A stretch of DNA of 64,000 bases from positions 39,432,001-39,496,000 of the forward strand of contig OX638155.1 in NCBI GenBank assembly GCA_951804945.1. The letters are read 5' to 3'. The position numbers and the translations under genes are program-made. The notes under the pieces were generated by a model that saw nothing but the letters and a program-made list of their open reading frames with translations, was not told the origin of the DNA and did not search any database. Position 1 is the first letter of the stretch. Every line of letters begins with the position of its first letter. Origin of the DNA: Podarcis cretensis. Its lineage: Eukaryota. Positions 48,851 through 61,613 of the stretch are shown here, in pieces.

Positions 48851-50198
48851 TCACCTTTAAGTACTTCATGCAATATTTAGAAAGTACTGGGAGATGATGC
48901 AGCAGGGAACCAACTAAATTGCTCGATTGCTAGAAGGCACTGCTGGCTTAAATCATTTAATGTGCCTTCTCAAAGAGAGTAGACCAACTTTTCTTTTTTT
49001 ACTCTAGAGTGAATCTCTCTTCTTTAGTAAGCATACTGAAGCAAAACAAAAGGAAGTAAAGATCATCTACCAGAAGTTTATTCTGGGAATAAGAAGGGAC
49101 TGAGTCATGACCATCAGTGAGAAATCAAAGTGATACGGATCTGCAAAATAGCAACAAATCCTTTTTATATATAAAAATATCTGTATTACCTCATAGCAAA
49201 TCTACAACGCTACCCAATTATGCAGAGCTACCTGACATAAATGGGCATTTCCAAATGCAGAAATGTAGTGCAGGGGTCCCCCACAGACAAACCTCATTTT
49301 CTTCCAAGTCTGCTGAGATTCGCCATGCATTAAATGTTGATTTTTCAACTCGTATTTCTAGAGCAGGGCTTCCAGAGTGCAGGACAAGGGTTTTAGAAGC
49401 TGACATGCACTGACTTTGCAGATTTGGAAGTCAGAAGCAGGGCACAGTGGCCACATTAGTCTATGACTGGTGTTACGCAGCACAAGTAATATATGGTGTC
49501 TTTCATCTTCAAAATGTTCCAAAGCTGCTTCAAAGTGAAGGCTTTCATACCTTTTGAAGCCAGCATTACCTTTTTCAGGCCTGAAATGGTTTCTGATAAC
49601 CTGGATCAGCTTCTTGATCCCTGGGCCATGTACACTTTCATATCCCTCCATGATGGCTGTGAAGGGAACTGCCCTAATAGAGAAATCAGCATCAAGAAAT
49701 CAAATAAAGAACTCCAAACTTCCTGGGCTCACTTGAGGAATTGCATTTATACTTCCATTTAAACATGAGGGAATTGAATACAAAAAAGGTAGATGTAGAC
49801 AGAAGACCAGACCTGTTTTATTTTTAGTGTGAAACAGCAGCTCTCTTCCCTTTATTAAGACATTTGATAATGAGTAAGTTTTGCCTAGCATCTATTGCTG
49901 AATTGCTAAATCTAGCATATCTCTTAATTAAACCCTTCAAAGAACAGCGCAACAATGGAGCCACCAGAAATAGATATTGTCTCAGGCTCTTCCAGAATGC
50001 CATTCACAATGATATCACAGCCACCATCACTTTCGTATAACACAAGGATCCTAGTACTTGGAATACCTTATTATTACCTACACAAAGCACATTAGCAAGT
50101 CATACCACTGCTAAGATGAAGGTTCCAGTCCAACCCAACACATTCCTGAACACTTATTACCATTTTTCACTGTTGGACCTTTTCATGATGGGATCTAA

Positions 50199-50533
50199 GC
50201 TGGGTTAGCTCAGTGGGTAGAGCATGAGACTCTTAATCTCAGAGTTGTGGCATTGAGCCCCACAATGGGCACTTCAGGGGGTTGGACTAGTTGACCCTTG
50301 TGGTCCCTTACAACTCTACTGCAGTGGTACCTCTAGTTAAGAATTTAATTTGTTCCAGAGGTCTGTTCTTAACTTGAAACTGTTCTTAACCTGAGGTACC
50401 ACTTTAGCTAATGGGGCCTCCCGCTGCTGCCGCGCCACCGCCACACAAGGTACGATTTCTGGGTTAGCGGAGTCTGTAACCTGAAGCATCTGTAACCTGA
50501 GGTACCACTGTATTCTATTATTCTATTATTCTA
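50199..50533 (+). mobile_element. tRNA-Lys(CTT)-derived SINE with CR1-type tail, interrupted by a MITE
   Basis: TAGCTCAGTGGGTAGAGCATGAGACTCTTAATCTCAG follows tRNA-Lys-CTT. Next comes GGTTGGACTAG...CAACTCTAC, and after the MITE a (TATTCTAT)n tail. Confidence 0.8.
50322..50510. mobile_element. Tc1/mariner MITE nested in a SINE
   Basis: TIRs CAGTGGTACCTC / GAGGTACCACTG. The right flank is TA and the left is TG (mutated). An extra internal TIR copy lies at ~50393-50403. Confidence 0.85.
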
Positions 50534-50689
50534 AATCAGTCAAATCCCAAGGAGCAAGGAATGCATATTGACAACAAACCAGTAACAACATTGTGCGATG
50601 TGCACCTTCTAAATTCCTAAATACTTTCAGTATCAGATGATCTCCTGAAAGAATTGCTCATACCAACTTCTGATCCAAAAACATCATAT

Positions 50690-50851
50690 GTAATGAGTGG
50701 AGTGATATGCTGTAAACTACAGGAGGGGAGAGTGCTATTGTGCTTGAATCTTGCTTTCAGATTTCCCACAGGAATCTGATTGGCCACTGTGAGAACAGGA
50801 TGCTGGAATAGATGGATCATTGGCCTGATCCAGCAGGCTCTTCTTATGTTT
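50690..50851 (+). mobile_element. CR1-type 3' end (LINE or SINE)
   Basis: TTGGCCACTGTGAGAACAGGATGCTGGA.TAGATGG...GGCCTGATCCAGCAGGCTCTTCTTATGTT. Reverse copies at ~44325-44395 and ~59340-59400. Confidence 0.65.
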
Positions 50852-51996
50852 TGCATGAGCATCCACATGGCATGCTTGGATAAGAACACCAAGTCATAGT
50901 ATATTGTTTGCAAAAATAAATTCTCATGAGAATATGGATTCTGTATCTTGTGACTAACCTCAGGAGTATTCCAGACCTGCGATTCTGTGGCATTTACAAA
51001 AAGGGACAATAAATTATCCTAGAAATGTAATTAACTAGTTCTTCAGTTGCTTCCTACAGCACACAGCAATTTCAGAGCCAACTTACAATTCAGTTGCTTG
51101 AGAAAAACACAGTGTTCTACAGAAGGAGGGAAACTTAAAATCCTAATTAAAGTCAGTAAACTTTCCTAAAACTTTCCCATGAGACCTGTGGAAAGACTCC
51201 TAAGAGCATGATGTGCGCTAAAGGGCATGTTTGCTTTCTACTGTTTTGCCTCATTTTTAAAAATATATGTTACCTGTATAGAAAGGGCCTTGTTAAACAT
51301 GCCCCTTCTCAAAGGTAAAAAGGTGACTCAGGGGATATCATTTAGAGCACATCTTCCTATTATCCAAGACTTTCCATCAGCTAGACTAAGATTCCCTATC
51401 TTTTTAAACTTTTGAATGAACTCACCATTCAAGAAAGGTCAGGAACTAATAGTCCTCATCAGCTGAGCTCTATAAGGCTTTTAAAAAGTCTTTTCCCTCT
51501 TTTGGTCAGGTTTGCTAATGAATCCTCATTCTGACTAGCTGCAGAAAAATTGCTCATGTTGGATTAACATAGCAGAACTGTTTTTTTAGAGTTCAACCAA
51601 TGAAGGTTTATATGTAGAAAATCCACCAGACAGAATCACATAGAGCATGTATATGGTGCATGATGTTGAATTTTTTGAAACATAGCAAAATTGTAGCCTG
51701 TATATAGCATTTGTTGCAACTACCTATTTTATTTAGGAGCGATTGCATCTGCCCCAGATAGAGTGTGGCAAAATGGTTACAATTCTATATTGCTCTATAA
51801 AAGTAGAAAAGACAGGGCATATTTACACAGTGACCAATCAGAGCACCACAATTGTATGACACAGTGTTTACGTGAACTAGGTGGTAAGCAACTCAGAGGC
51901 AGCCAACAGCAATGGTCTGTATCAAAGCTACGTGCATGTAGGACAATCTACATGGTTGTTTATTAAGGGTGCTGAAAATCTGTCCCCACGAAACAT

Positions 51997-52254
51997 GGCA
52001 GTGGCAGCCTCAACAGCCTGGAGCCAACCTGGTAGCGCAGTTGGCTCTGGCTGGCTTCAGGAGCTGCTCGCTGCTGTGGCGCCCACCATTTTTCCTTTCC
52101 AGAAGTCCCCATATGATGTGTCTTCTGTGCAACACATCACATGGGGACTTCCGGAGAGGAAAAATGGCAGGCGCCATGGCAGCAAGCAGCTCCTGAAGCC
52201 ATCCAGAGGCAACTGTGTTACCAAGCTGGCCCCAGGCTGCTGACTGCCACTGCC
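51997..52254. repeat. Long imperfect inverted repeat (~120-bp arms, 10-nt loop)
   Basis: Left arm GGCAGTGGCAG...CTTCAGGAGCTGCT...CCATTTTTCCT...GAAGTCCCCATATGATGTGT, loop 52122-52131, right arm ACACATCACATGGGGACTTC...AGGAAAAATGG...AGCAGCTCCTGAAG...CTGCCACTGCC. Confidence 0.92.
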
Positions 52255-54886
52255 GCCACCACTGCCAAAGGGGAACCAGAGACATCCAGCGGTACGGATC
52301 TCCTGCCCCTTTCCCCCTTTGTTTTGACTGATGGGGGAGGCTCGGGAGTCACGGGTGGACATTGCCCAGTTTTTAAAAAACTCTGCGCATTTATGTTTCA
52401 CAGGGTGTGAAAGAAGGGCTTTGCACCTTTATACAATATGCATGTGTGCTTGGGCCCAGGGTCTTTTGCCTCACCATCCCCACTACTGACTCCCTGTTGC
52501 TACTCAGCTTCGGGGGGGGGGGGTGTCCCCAGATTCATTGGAAAAAATCTGGTAACCATAACCTACAAGAATTGTAGCTCTGTGCAGGGAATAGGGGCCT
52601 CCTAACAGCTCCTAGCACTCTTAGCAAACTACAGCTCCCAAAATTCTATGGGGGAAGCCATGACTGTTTAAAGTAGTATCATAGCATTTTGGTGTGAATG
52701 TGGCCTTTGTGAAACATCAGTCCAACCAAAGCAGAATAAAAAAGAACCCAACCCCGCTAAACTGGCATAATGTATAAATGAACGGGGTATCTCAGAGGAA
52801 GGTCAAAACATCTTTATTTTCCTTTTGCAACTTAAGCTCCAGCTTCTTAATTTGTTTGCTTTTTATTTGCTTGTTTTGTTTTGTTTCCAGAGGGACAATT
52901 GAGAGATGCAGAGGATGAGCTGATTCCCTGCATTGGAGAAGAGCCAGCTGGCACCCCACACACTGCAACAGGCAGAGTTCCAATATACGAAGTGGAAACA
53001 CATTAACTTATTGGTACCAAACACTGGCCCCGCTGCCAGCAGAGTGAAAACAAAATTAGTTATGGTCAGAATTAGTTATGGTCAATTTAGCCATGCTCAA
53101 AACATAGAAGGATAACGGTTCGATTACAAGCTAGTTCCCAAGAGCTTGCATGTACTGGACAGCTTAAATTATAAATGGGAATGATTAGTGGTTGTAAGGT
53201 GAAATGAAAATATACCCACTGGTCTTGCTTACCTGCCCTCGGGGAGGAAAGGCAAACGGAATTGAAACCATCCATAATAACTATTCAGCGCTGAGGCAAG
53301 ACTCACATTATTAGCGGTTATGCAGATGCATAAATAGTTTGGAACATCAGCACTTCCATTAGCAACACAATATCCACAGTACTGCTGACATGCAGATCTC
53401 GCCCTCAGTTAAGTCTGGGTGGTCCAGAGTTCAGGAGGGAGAGCCAAATCTGTGTTAGCAAACTGGAGGCTGGAGGAGTAGGGAAGCTTCTGTAAATGGT
53501 GTTCTAGAATTCAGCAGCAAATTGGGGGTTCCGCTACATTAGATTCAAAATCAAGCTGGTATCAGGGCTTATTGGAATAATAGTTTTGTTGTTTTCCAGA
53601 CCACCTCAGGGCATACTAATCCTTGGCATGTATTCTGGAAAGGTGCCAGTACATCAGGCATTCCCAACTGGATGAATAAGTCTCTGCCAAGAGTGTCTAT
53701 TTTGTGTTGTCCTGGTTTTAAATGTAGAAACTGGTTTTGTGTGTTTGTGTGTGCTTTAACTGGTTTTTGTTGCTTTTATTGTGAAATGCCTTGCAGCAAT
53801 TGTGTGTAAGGTGATTAATAAATTAATGATAATGATGACAATTAAAATACCACTCACAATACATCGTGCCATTTTAACTGACATGCGCAAACTCCCAAAG
53901 GCTTCCATGCATGAAAGTTGTTGTGCCAGAATCCAGTAGTGGACCTTTTACATGGAACTCCTGGTCCGCTGAAACTGCCAGAACATTGACAAGCATTTCA
54001 GTTCTGCACACGTTCTAAGTTGGGATGCAAAAATGCACATGATGCTGTCCTGTAACACCTGCTGAATGACATTCAAAGGAACAGGTGCACAGTTTGTGGG
54101 TGCTGCTGGATCCAGTAGTGTCACCAGTCCTGAGGCCGGGGTTGGACAAATGGGTGCACCTCCCCACCCCCTCAAATGGTGCTTCAACACACACCCCAGA
54201 TTTGTTGGGGGTGTATTTTCAATTTATGACATGACAGATAATGACAGCCTCCATTTAAATAGTGGCAGCTTATTATTTGAGGTGAGGTGAGTGGCTGCTA
54301 AGAAGAGGGCCTTTTCAGTGATGGTACCCCAGTAGTGGCACCTTCTCATACCAACCTTCCCCACCAACCTGACCCCTCTCTATGTCACTCCCAATAAGCA
54401 ACAGCCCTATCTGGCAAGCCACTTCTGTTTACAGACCTCTGCTTGAAGGTCTGTCTGCTGAAAGATGAGGAGAAGAGAGAACAGCAGCCTTGAAGTTGCC
54501 CATCTACAATTAGCGCAGCTCATCTGGCCATAGTATTTTTCCTTATTATGGCGAGATGTAGTATATTTATACTTACGTTATAGCAATAATTTCTAAATGT
54601 GAATGTGTACATCTAAAGTACCATATGCAGAGTATATGCAAATATGTGTCTTATTTTGCCCTCTTTTATGGTGATGCATGTCCTCTTTCATGGCCATGTG
54701 TAAATGGCCACCCTAACTTCTGCTGGAGGTCCTGGAGAGCAGCTGGCAGTCAGAGTAGCCAATATTGTGCCTGATGGACAAATTGTCTGACCCGGTTTAA
54801 GGTAGCTTCCTGTCTTCCTATGCCTCTGATGAAGTAGCTTTATTGATGCGCATTCAGTTTGTCTGGACAGTAATAGGAGCATCCTT

Positions 54887-55085
54887 TAGTGTGGTGTAGT
54901 GGTTAGAGTATCAGACTAGGAGCAGGGAGACCAGGGTTCTAGTCCCCAGTCAACCATGGAACTCACAGGGTGACCTTAGGCCAGTCACAGTCTCTCTGTC
55001 AAACCTACCTGACAGGATTGTTGTGCATACAAAATGGAGGGCACAGAACTATGTACTCTGCCTTTGACGAAAGGTGGCTTATATT
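54887..55085 (+). mobile_element. MIR/CORE-like tRNA-derived SINE
   Basis: A-box TGGTGTAGTGG, B-box-like GGTTCTAGTCC, CORE-like GGGTGACCTTAGGCCAGTCAC and ACCTACCTGACAGGATTGTTGTG. Confidence 0.8.
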
Positions 55086-56092
55086 TGCAATAATGAGTGA
55101 GTGAATTGCTTAGAGGACTATGCTATGCAATGTGATAACTTTGGGAAATTTAGCTTTTACATTAAGACATGTTTTACACTGATTCCTGTTTCAAATAAAT
55201 TGGAAACATTGCTGCCGGAATTATTATTTTTCCCCTTCTGCTTTGGGACTAAGGATTCTTTTTTTCTTTTGGTATGTCTCAATGCAGAACAAAATCTTGT
55301 CGGGTCAGCCAGGCACAGTACAGTCAGCCTCCATTTTATCCCACCCCATTCCAACCCCATTTTGTTCTCTCTGAGATTCCAGCAGCTCATTAGATGAGGC
55401 AGCTGGAATGAAATGGAATCAAGGATGTTCTAGCTTTCGGCAACCACCAAACTTTGCCCTCTGTTGCACTTGCGTTAACCCTACTGATGCTAATGGGATT
55501 TGCACAGATGAAATACAAAGATCGCAGCTCCCTGTCTTAAGTACCATGGGCCCTGGTGCCTTTTTTTAGATATAATTGTAAAATACTTCCCTCAGATCCT
55601 GTGCACTTGTTCTTTTTATGTGATCTGAGCTTTTACAATTCCCTCAGGCTATCTATTAGCATGACGAGAGTTTCCCCTTCTGAAGACCCGCAGGATAGAG
55701 AAATGAGGTGCACAGCCAGTTTTAAGTCATATTCCCTTTAAAGCTAAGTAATTTCTTTTGTCCTAGTAATAAGGCTCATAGAAGTCATAGAATTGTAAGC
55801 TGCTTTGAGATCATGCCTTGACTCTGTCCTGCCCTTTAAACATCTAAATTCTCAATAGAGGTTACCACATATCATAAGTGATCTGCTGGTCTCGGGGACG
55901 GGTTATAGTATAATGCTGTCATCACCACACAGTGTCAGCACTTTTATTGTCAATATGATACCTTCTGCAGGGATCACAACCTTACTCAGCTTAAAGAAAC
56001 AAATCAAATCAACTGAGACTTGTTTGTTATGTATTTTATAGCTGGGAGTTTCTTTGAGATTTTATTTTTGTAAAAAGTAATGAACAAATTGA

Positions 56093-56094
<2 letters not shown>

Positions 56095-56128
<34 letters not shown>
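56095..56128. repeat. (AAT)n microsatellite
   Basis: Read directly from the sequence. Confidence 0.9.
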
Positions 56129-56129
<1 letters not shown>

Positions 56130-56345
56130 TATGTTTGCCCGTGGGAATTGCTGCTAGGTTTGCCGTCTTTTAACCCAGAGATGTATTAAACCCCTTTTTA
56201 AATGTACTCAAAGGAATAAGAAGAAATTCAGCCCCCTTCATAAACTTCCCTGACCTCCACTGGTCCCAGTGCCCACCCTCCTACATTTGAATACAACTAT
56301 CTGGATCAGAACATCTTTGTTTCAGTTGTCAATACTTTGAGAATA

Positions 56346-56626
56346 CAGTTTTACCTTGGAAGTCGAACGGAATCCATTCCGGAAGTCCGCTTGACTTCCA
56401 GAATCCATTCCAGAAGTCTGCTTGACTTCCAAAAAGTTTGGAAACCAAAGCACAGCTTCTGATTTGCTGCAGGAAGCTCCTGCAGCCAGTCGGAAGTCGT
56501 GGAAGCCCTGTCGGACATTCGGCTTCCAAAGATAGTTCGCAAAACAGAACAGGCACTTCCAGGTTTGTGGCATTCAGGAGCCAAAACGTTCAAGAACTAA
56601 GCTGTTCAAAAACCAAGGTACGACTG
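56346..56626. mobile_element. Tc1/mariner MITE
   Basis: TA|CAGTTTTACCTTGG...CCAAGGTACGACTG|TA. Inverted relative to 21026-21232, with an internal ~31-bp tandem duplication at ~56370-56431. Confidence 0.87.
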
Positions 56627-57974
56627 TATCCAGGTTAAACTACTGCATAGTGTTGTACATGGTGCTGCTTTTGAAGACAATTCAGAAACTAGAACTAGTG
56701 CAGAATGTGGCAATGTGGCTGTTAATTAGGACAAGAAGGTGTAAAACTACCGTATATCCCAGTTTCTGACTTGACAGCACTGATGGCCACTTTGTCTCCA
56801 GCTCCAGTTCAAAGTGCTGGGACTGAGCTCTCTCTCGGGATAACTGCTTGGCACCTACCTTGTCACTGTTCAGAAGCAAACAAAGAATTTTTTGTTTCCC
56901 TGGGCAGCACCAGTGATTGCCAACCCCTCCATTAGCCTTTTTATTGTACACTGCTTTACTGAGTCCTAATTCCTTATTGAATTAGTCCATCAATCTTATT
57001 TAAAAAACAAAGAGAACATCTCAAAAGCAAGACCCTAAAAAACCCCATTTAAAATGAAATTAAAACTCATTCTTTCAACATGTGGAGGGCTTCGTGTTGT
57101 CTCCCTGCTGTGATCTCCTTAACTATTATTCTTTTTCCACGGCAACCATTGTGTTACATATGCCATAGTAATATATATATATTGAGAAAGAAGTCTATCA
57201 CAATAATAATAATTAATATCATATTGCAAAATTGTATGCATGAGCTCTTTTTAAACAGATAGTCTTGACTTTTCCTTTCTTTCTTGAGGCATGAGATCCT
57301 GGCTTGCTAAAAATGAGTGTTATGACACACAATTTTATTAGTTGTTAAATCAGTCTAGCACAATTTATCCCCTTCCCTTTAGGGTTTCTGTTGTGGGTCC
57401 CCTCCCCCCACCCTGCACTCTGTTGTTTCAGTCCCTTCTCAGGAAGGTAGAGGTGACAATTATTTTCTTCATTTCCTTACTAGCTGAAAGCTATTTTCAT
57501 GTTCCTTGAGATCTTCAGAACTAGGCTCATTTGTAATGGCAAACTTCATCTCTTGGCAAATAGTGTCATTTAAGAAGCTGCTCGTGATCATTCCATCAGA
57601 CACTTCAACATTTCTAAGAGTGAATACAGTTAGTTTTGGTTTCATGCAGAAACGAAAGTGCAGCCCAGCAAAAATGCTCATCATCAGCACCAAGGAGAGC
57701 TCCCATGCCCTCTGGAATATTTAAATTCACCAACAAATGGTAACACTTGCATATATATGTATAATTGACATACTACCATAGAGTAAAGCTATATTAAGGT
57801 CTGAAACTGCATTGACTACAATGAAAATAAAAGCAAATTTCCTCCAGAAAACTACAATTATCTGGTAAATACTATCATAAGGAGGCGTGAGTTCATGATG
57901 TGATTTCAAGCCTTTCCCACAACTATAGATTTGATGTGTGATGAATACTGTCTTATCAGGGTCTAGTTTATGGG

Positions 57975-58215
57975 ATGCTCTCCCCAGGGAGGCTCATCTG
58001 GTGCCTTCATTACATATCTTTAGACTCCAGGCTAAAACATTTATCCACAACCAGGCCTTTGGCTGATTTACATTCTATGACATTTTAAATGTGTTTGTGG
58101 GAAGGTGGTGCTATTTGTTTGTTTGTTTGTTTTATTATGTCTTTTGTGTTCTTGTTTTATATTTTTATGTTGTGAACTGCCCTGTGATCTTCAGATCTGT
58201 ATACACACTTAATTA
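57975..58215 (+). mobile_element. L2 3' end
   Basis: GATGCTCTCCCCAGGGAGGCTCATCTGGTGCCTTCATTA...CAGGCCTTTGGCTGA, a T-rich UTR and TTGTGAACTGCCCTGTGATCTTC terminal stem. Same family as the L1 host element. Confidence 0.75.
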
Positions 58216-59420
58216 TTAACAATAGTTCTAATGCCCTGAGATAAGTGAATTGATGCTAGCCATCGTATGAACTTGAGCTTTTAAGTAAGTGTCTTGAAGC
58301 TTTCTCTGAGAAACAGAAAATATGCAATGTTATTTATTTATTTATTTATTTACTTATTTCAAAAGCTGCTTGTCAAAATCCACTATATGGTGGGAGAGAC
58401 ACCATGAAAGAAGAATTAACCTAACTAGGATTTATGTGTTCAGAAATTATCAAATATGCTGAATTCACTGTCCTTAGTTCACACTTACAGTATGTGACTT
58501 CACTTGAACACTTTCATTCAGGGCCTTATGCTATTTGTAATATTGGAGATACAGGTTAAGTACAGAAAAAAGAAGTGGATCTTTCTCTTTTTCTTTCTTT
58601 TCTCCTTTTTTACCCCTGCTGACTTTCTTAGCAGCTGGATGCACTTTTTTCCCATTCACTCATTAGTTCTGTATGACTGACAAGGTTACCCCCAAATAGA
58701 TGCACTGAAGCCAAACAGTTCATTTGCAAGCAATATTAATGACATGCTCTACATATACCACCATTTGGTGTTCCTAGGGGAGCGATCAGTCTACAGCTCA
58801 GTTGCTTTTGTATTCACAGGTTGTTCTGGAGAAACTGCACTAATTAAGTTCTGACACCTAAGGGGCAAGAGTGACTGGCTAACCAATGTACACCAGGGGC
58901 AAAAAATAAGTCCTAACCCTGTCTTCTTCTGCTGCTTTTCATTCATTTATAAAGCTAACAAGCCTTTTGAGAAGCAGGCAATAAACTATAGCATTTGTCC
59001 ATGCAATTTCTTATCTAATCTAAATGTCAATAATTTAAGACTAAAAATAGCCATTTTACAATCCTCACTCACTCTCAGAAGTTATATAGTCCTTATGACT
59101 TCCACCAAACCTCCTGCTCTTTGGGACTCTAAATTCAAATTAAGAGCAGATGGCTCTCTACTATACTATGTCTTTCTTTGGGCTAATGGGAAATGTGGTG
59201 GATTCAATATTCCAGGAGTGGAGTGGTCCTGAAATACGAGGATCACTCTTAAGCTGAGTGACTATTCACTACTGATTTCTTTGCCCTTGACAAAACAGAA
59301 ATGAAAACAAGGATTCTTTATTTCTCCCTTCATTTACTCTAAGAATATAATGACATAAGAGCCTGCTGGATCAGACCAATGGTCCATCTAGTCTAGCATG
59401 CTAGACTAGATCAACTAGAT

Positions 59421-59887
59421 CAGGGATCTGCAACCCACGGCTCCGGAGCCGCATGTGGCTCTTTTACACCTTTGCCGCGCCTCCGGGGCGGATACTAGTG
59501 AGGGGAGGAGGCGCATTGTGCACCCCGACACTCCCCACTGTGGCGGGCACTGTACTGGCTGTGACGTCGCATGGGGGCGGTGCGTGCGTTAATCACGCAC
59601 CGTCCCGACGTCACCTTCCCGCCCGCTACATTGTAAGGGGCATGTACGCTGGTCACTGTTTTGAAGGGGCGTGAAGAACACACACACACAAAAAGGTAAC
59701 TTGTTAATTTAATGTTTATTTCTATGAGGAGGAATAATTCTGAGGCTGAGGGGTCAAACAAAGAAATAATAAAAAAGTGACAAAAAAGTTATTTTTATAA
59801 TGACGAGTTTTGCGGCTCCCAGTTTGTTTTTTTCCTTCGGAAATGGGTCCAAGTGGCTCTTTTGGTCTTAAAGGTTGCAGACCCCTG
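59421..59887. mobile_element. Young hAT (Charlie-like) MITE, 467 bp
   Basis: 15-bp TIRs CAGGG(A/G)TCTGCAACC and a perfect 8-bp TSD AACTAGAT at 59413-59420 and 59888-59895. CpG-rich interior. Inserted in a CR1-type remnant. Confidence 0.92.
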
Positions 59888-60557
59888 AACTAGATCAACA
59901 GAGTCAACCAGATGCATGTAGTTTAACTATGTGCTCTGTGGAAAAGTACTTTCTTTTATCTGTTCTGAATCTTTCAGCATTCAATTTCATCAGATGTTCA
60001 CAAGCTGTAGTGTTATGAGAGGAAGAGAAAAAAATCCTCTTGGCACTACTGTGTTTTCCTGTTCAACCCTAGAAATGGTAACAGCTCCAGTCTTAAATCC
60101 CAGAGCCAATTAACCCATCCCAAGTGAAAATTGCAAGCTATGGTACATCTGTGATGACTGCAAGGGTCTCACTTTATGTTGTGAGATCAAACATGCAAAA
60201 GATATTGGGTTGTGTCTATTAGTTCTACTCAGAATACAGTAGACCTATTGAAATCAATAGACATAACTAACTGTCATTTCAAGCAGTCTGCTCAGTATAT
60301 AACTTGGATACATGCCCTTCACCATCTTTTCAAGCCACTTCATAAGATAAAGAGTGTGGACTAAGAGTGCAGATAAGTCTTCATGAGATAAGTGTGTAGA
60401 CCCAGTCTTCAGCTGGTCAAGTTTATACCACTTCATGTGTCTGGTTTATTCAGGCAAATCGATCCAGACATTCCTCTGGGTTTGATATGACTGAGAATAT
60501 GGCTACCTACAGTTATGGTGCATACATTGCCCTTTCATGCCTTCCTAACAGGCTTCT

Positions 60558-60974
60558 GGGACGTGGGTGGCGCTGTGGGTTAAACCACAGAGCCTAGGGC
60601 TTGCCGATCAGAAGGTCGTGGTTCGAATCCCCGTGATGGGGTGAGCTCCTGTTGTTTGGTCCCAGCTCCTGCCAACCTAGCAGTTCGAAAGCACGTCAAA
60701 GTGTAAGTAGATAAATAGGTACCGCTCCGGCGAGAAGGTAAACGGCGTTTCCGTGTGCTGCTCTGGTTCGCCAGAAGCTGCTTAGTCATGCTGGCCACAT
60801 GACCCAGAAGCTGTCTGCGGACAAACGCCGGCTCCCTCGGCCCATAGAGCGAGATGAGCACCGCAACCCCAGAGTCGGTCACGACTATACCTAATGGTCA
60901 GGGGTACCTTTACCTTTACCTTTACCTTTACCTTTACCTTTACCTTTACCTTTACCTTTACCTTTACCTTTACC
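60558..60974 (+). mobile_element. Sauria SINE with expanded (ACCTTT)n tail
   Basis: Near-identical to 258-615, with about 11 tail units. No TSD recognised. Confidence 0.93.
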
Positions 60975-61506
60975 ATGCAGACATCCATGGGACACATTCT
61001 ATTGTTCCAAGAGTCTCTGAATCTAAGCACTCTGAATCCAAGCTCTTTAGGAACTTTTGCAATATCTGGCAGGACTGATGCTGTCACCTGCCCTTCCACC
61101 AACTCCTCTCATCTAGCCCCTAAATACCACAGCTACACTCCTAACACAAATGTTCTCCCCCTTAGAGATGGACAGCCATCTTCTCCATTAAATATATTAT
61201 TGTTTGTGGAGGCCCTGACGTGTCTCCTTACCTCAAACAGCAAAACCCTAGTTCATTGACCATTCCATTGTCACCCAAGCCCTAACTTCTCTTCCTTCTC
61301 CTTTCCTATCTGCCGTTCCTCTAGCCTAAACAGGAGGCCCTATGAACAAATGGGTAGGTGCATGGGGGTGCATCTGTTGCTACTATTACTATACAGGCTC
61401 ATTCAACTACTGGTTTCCTGCTCTGCTTGGTCTTCCCCTTAGGCATAGGGCCTTTTTTAGTGTCCTTCAAAGGTATGTGTTGGGGCACCAGCACTACTTT
61501 GACCTT

Positions 61507-61613
61507 CTGGGATAGCTCAGTTGATAGAGCATGAGACTCTTAATCTCAGGGTTGTGGGTTTGAACCCCACTTTGGGCAAAATATTCCTGCGTTGCAGGGG
61601 AGTGGAATAGATG
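61507..61613 (+). mobile_element. tRNA-Lys(CTT)-derived SINE, 3'-truncated
   Basis: GATAGCTCAGTTGATAGAGCATGAGACTCTTAATCTCAGGGTTGTGGGTTTGAACCCCACTTTGGGC followed by CR1-like ATTCCTGCGTTGCAGGGG. Confidence 0.82.

Noticed and set aside
55678-55710. Hammerhead-like CTGAAGA...GAAA (similar CTGATGA at ~9953, ~44241, ~54826)
   Set aside because: No convincing stems I, II and III with a correctly placed cleavage triplet.
57469-57724. Overlapping 72-74-aa ORFs as a coding exon
   Set aside because: No recognisable protein similarity or coherent splice sites.
60782-61259. ORFs with VKVKVK, YLYLYL or FTFTFT runs (also PSFL/GRKE at ~40030)
   Set aside because: Translations of the SINE tail and microsatellites.
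61507-61580. Functional tRNA-Lys(CTT) gene (also at 50199)
   Set aside because: The T-loop/B-box and acceptor stem are mutated and the sequence runs directly into a CR1-like tail, so it is a SINE head.
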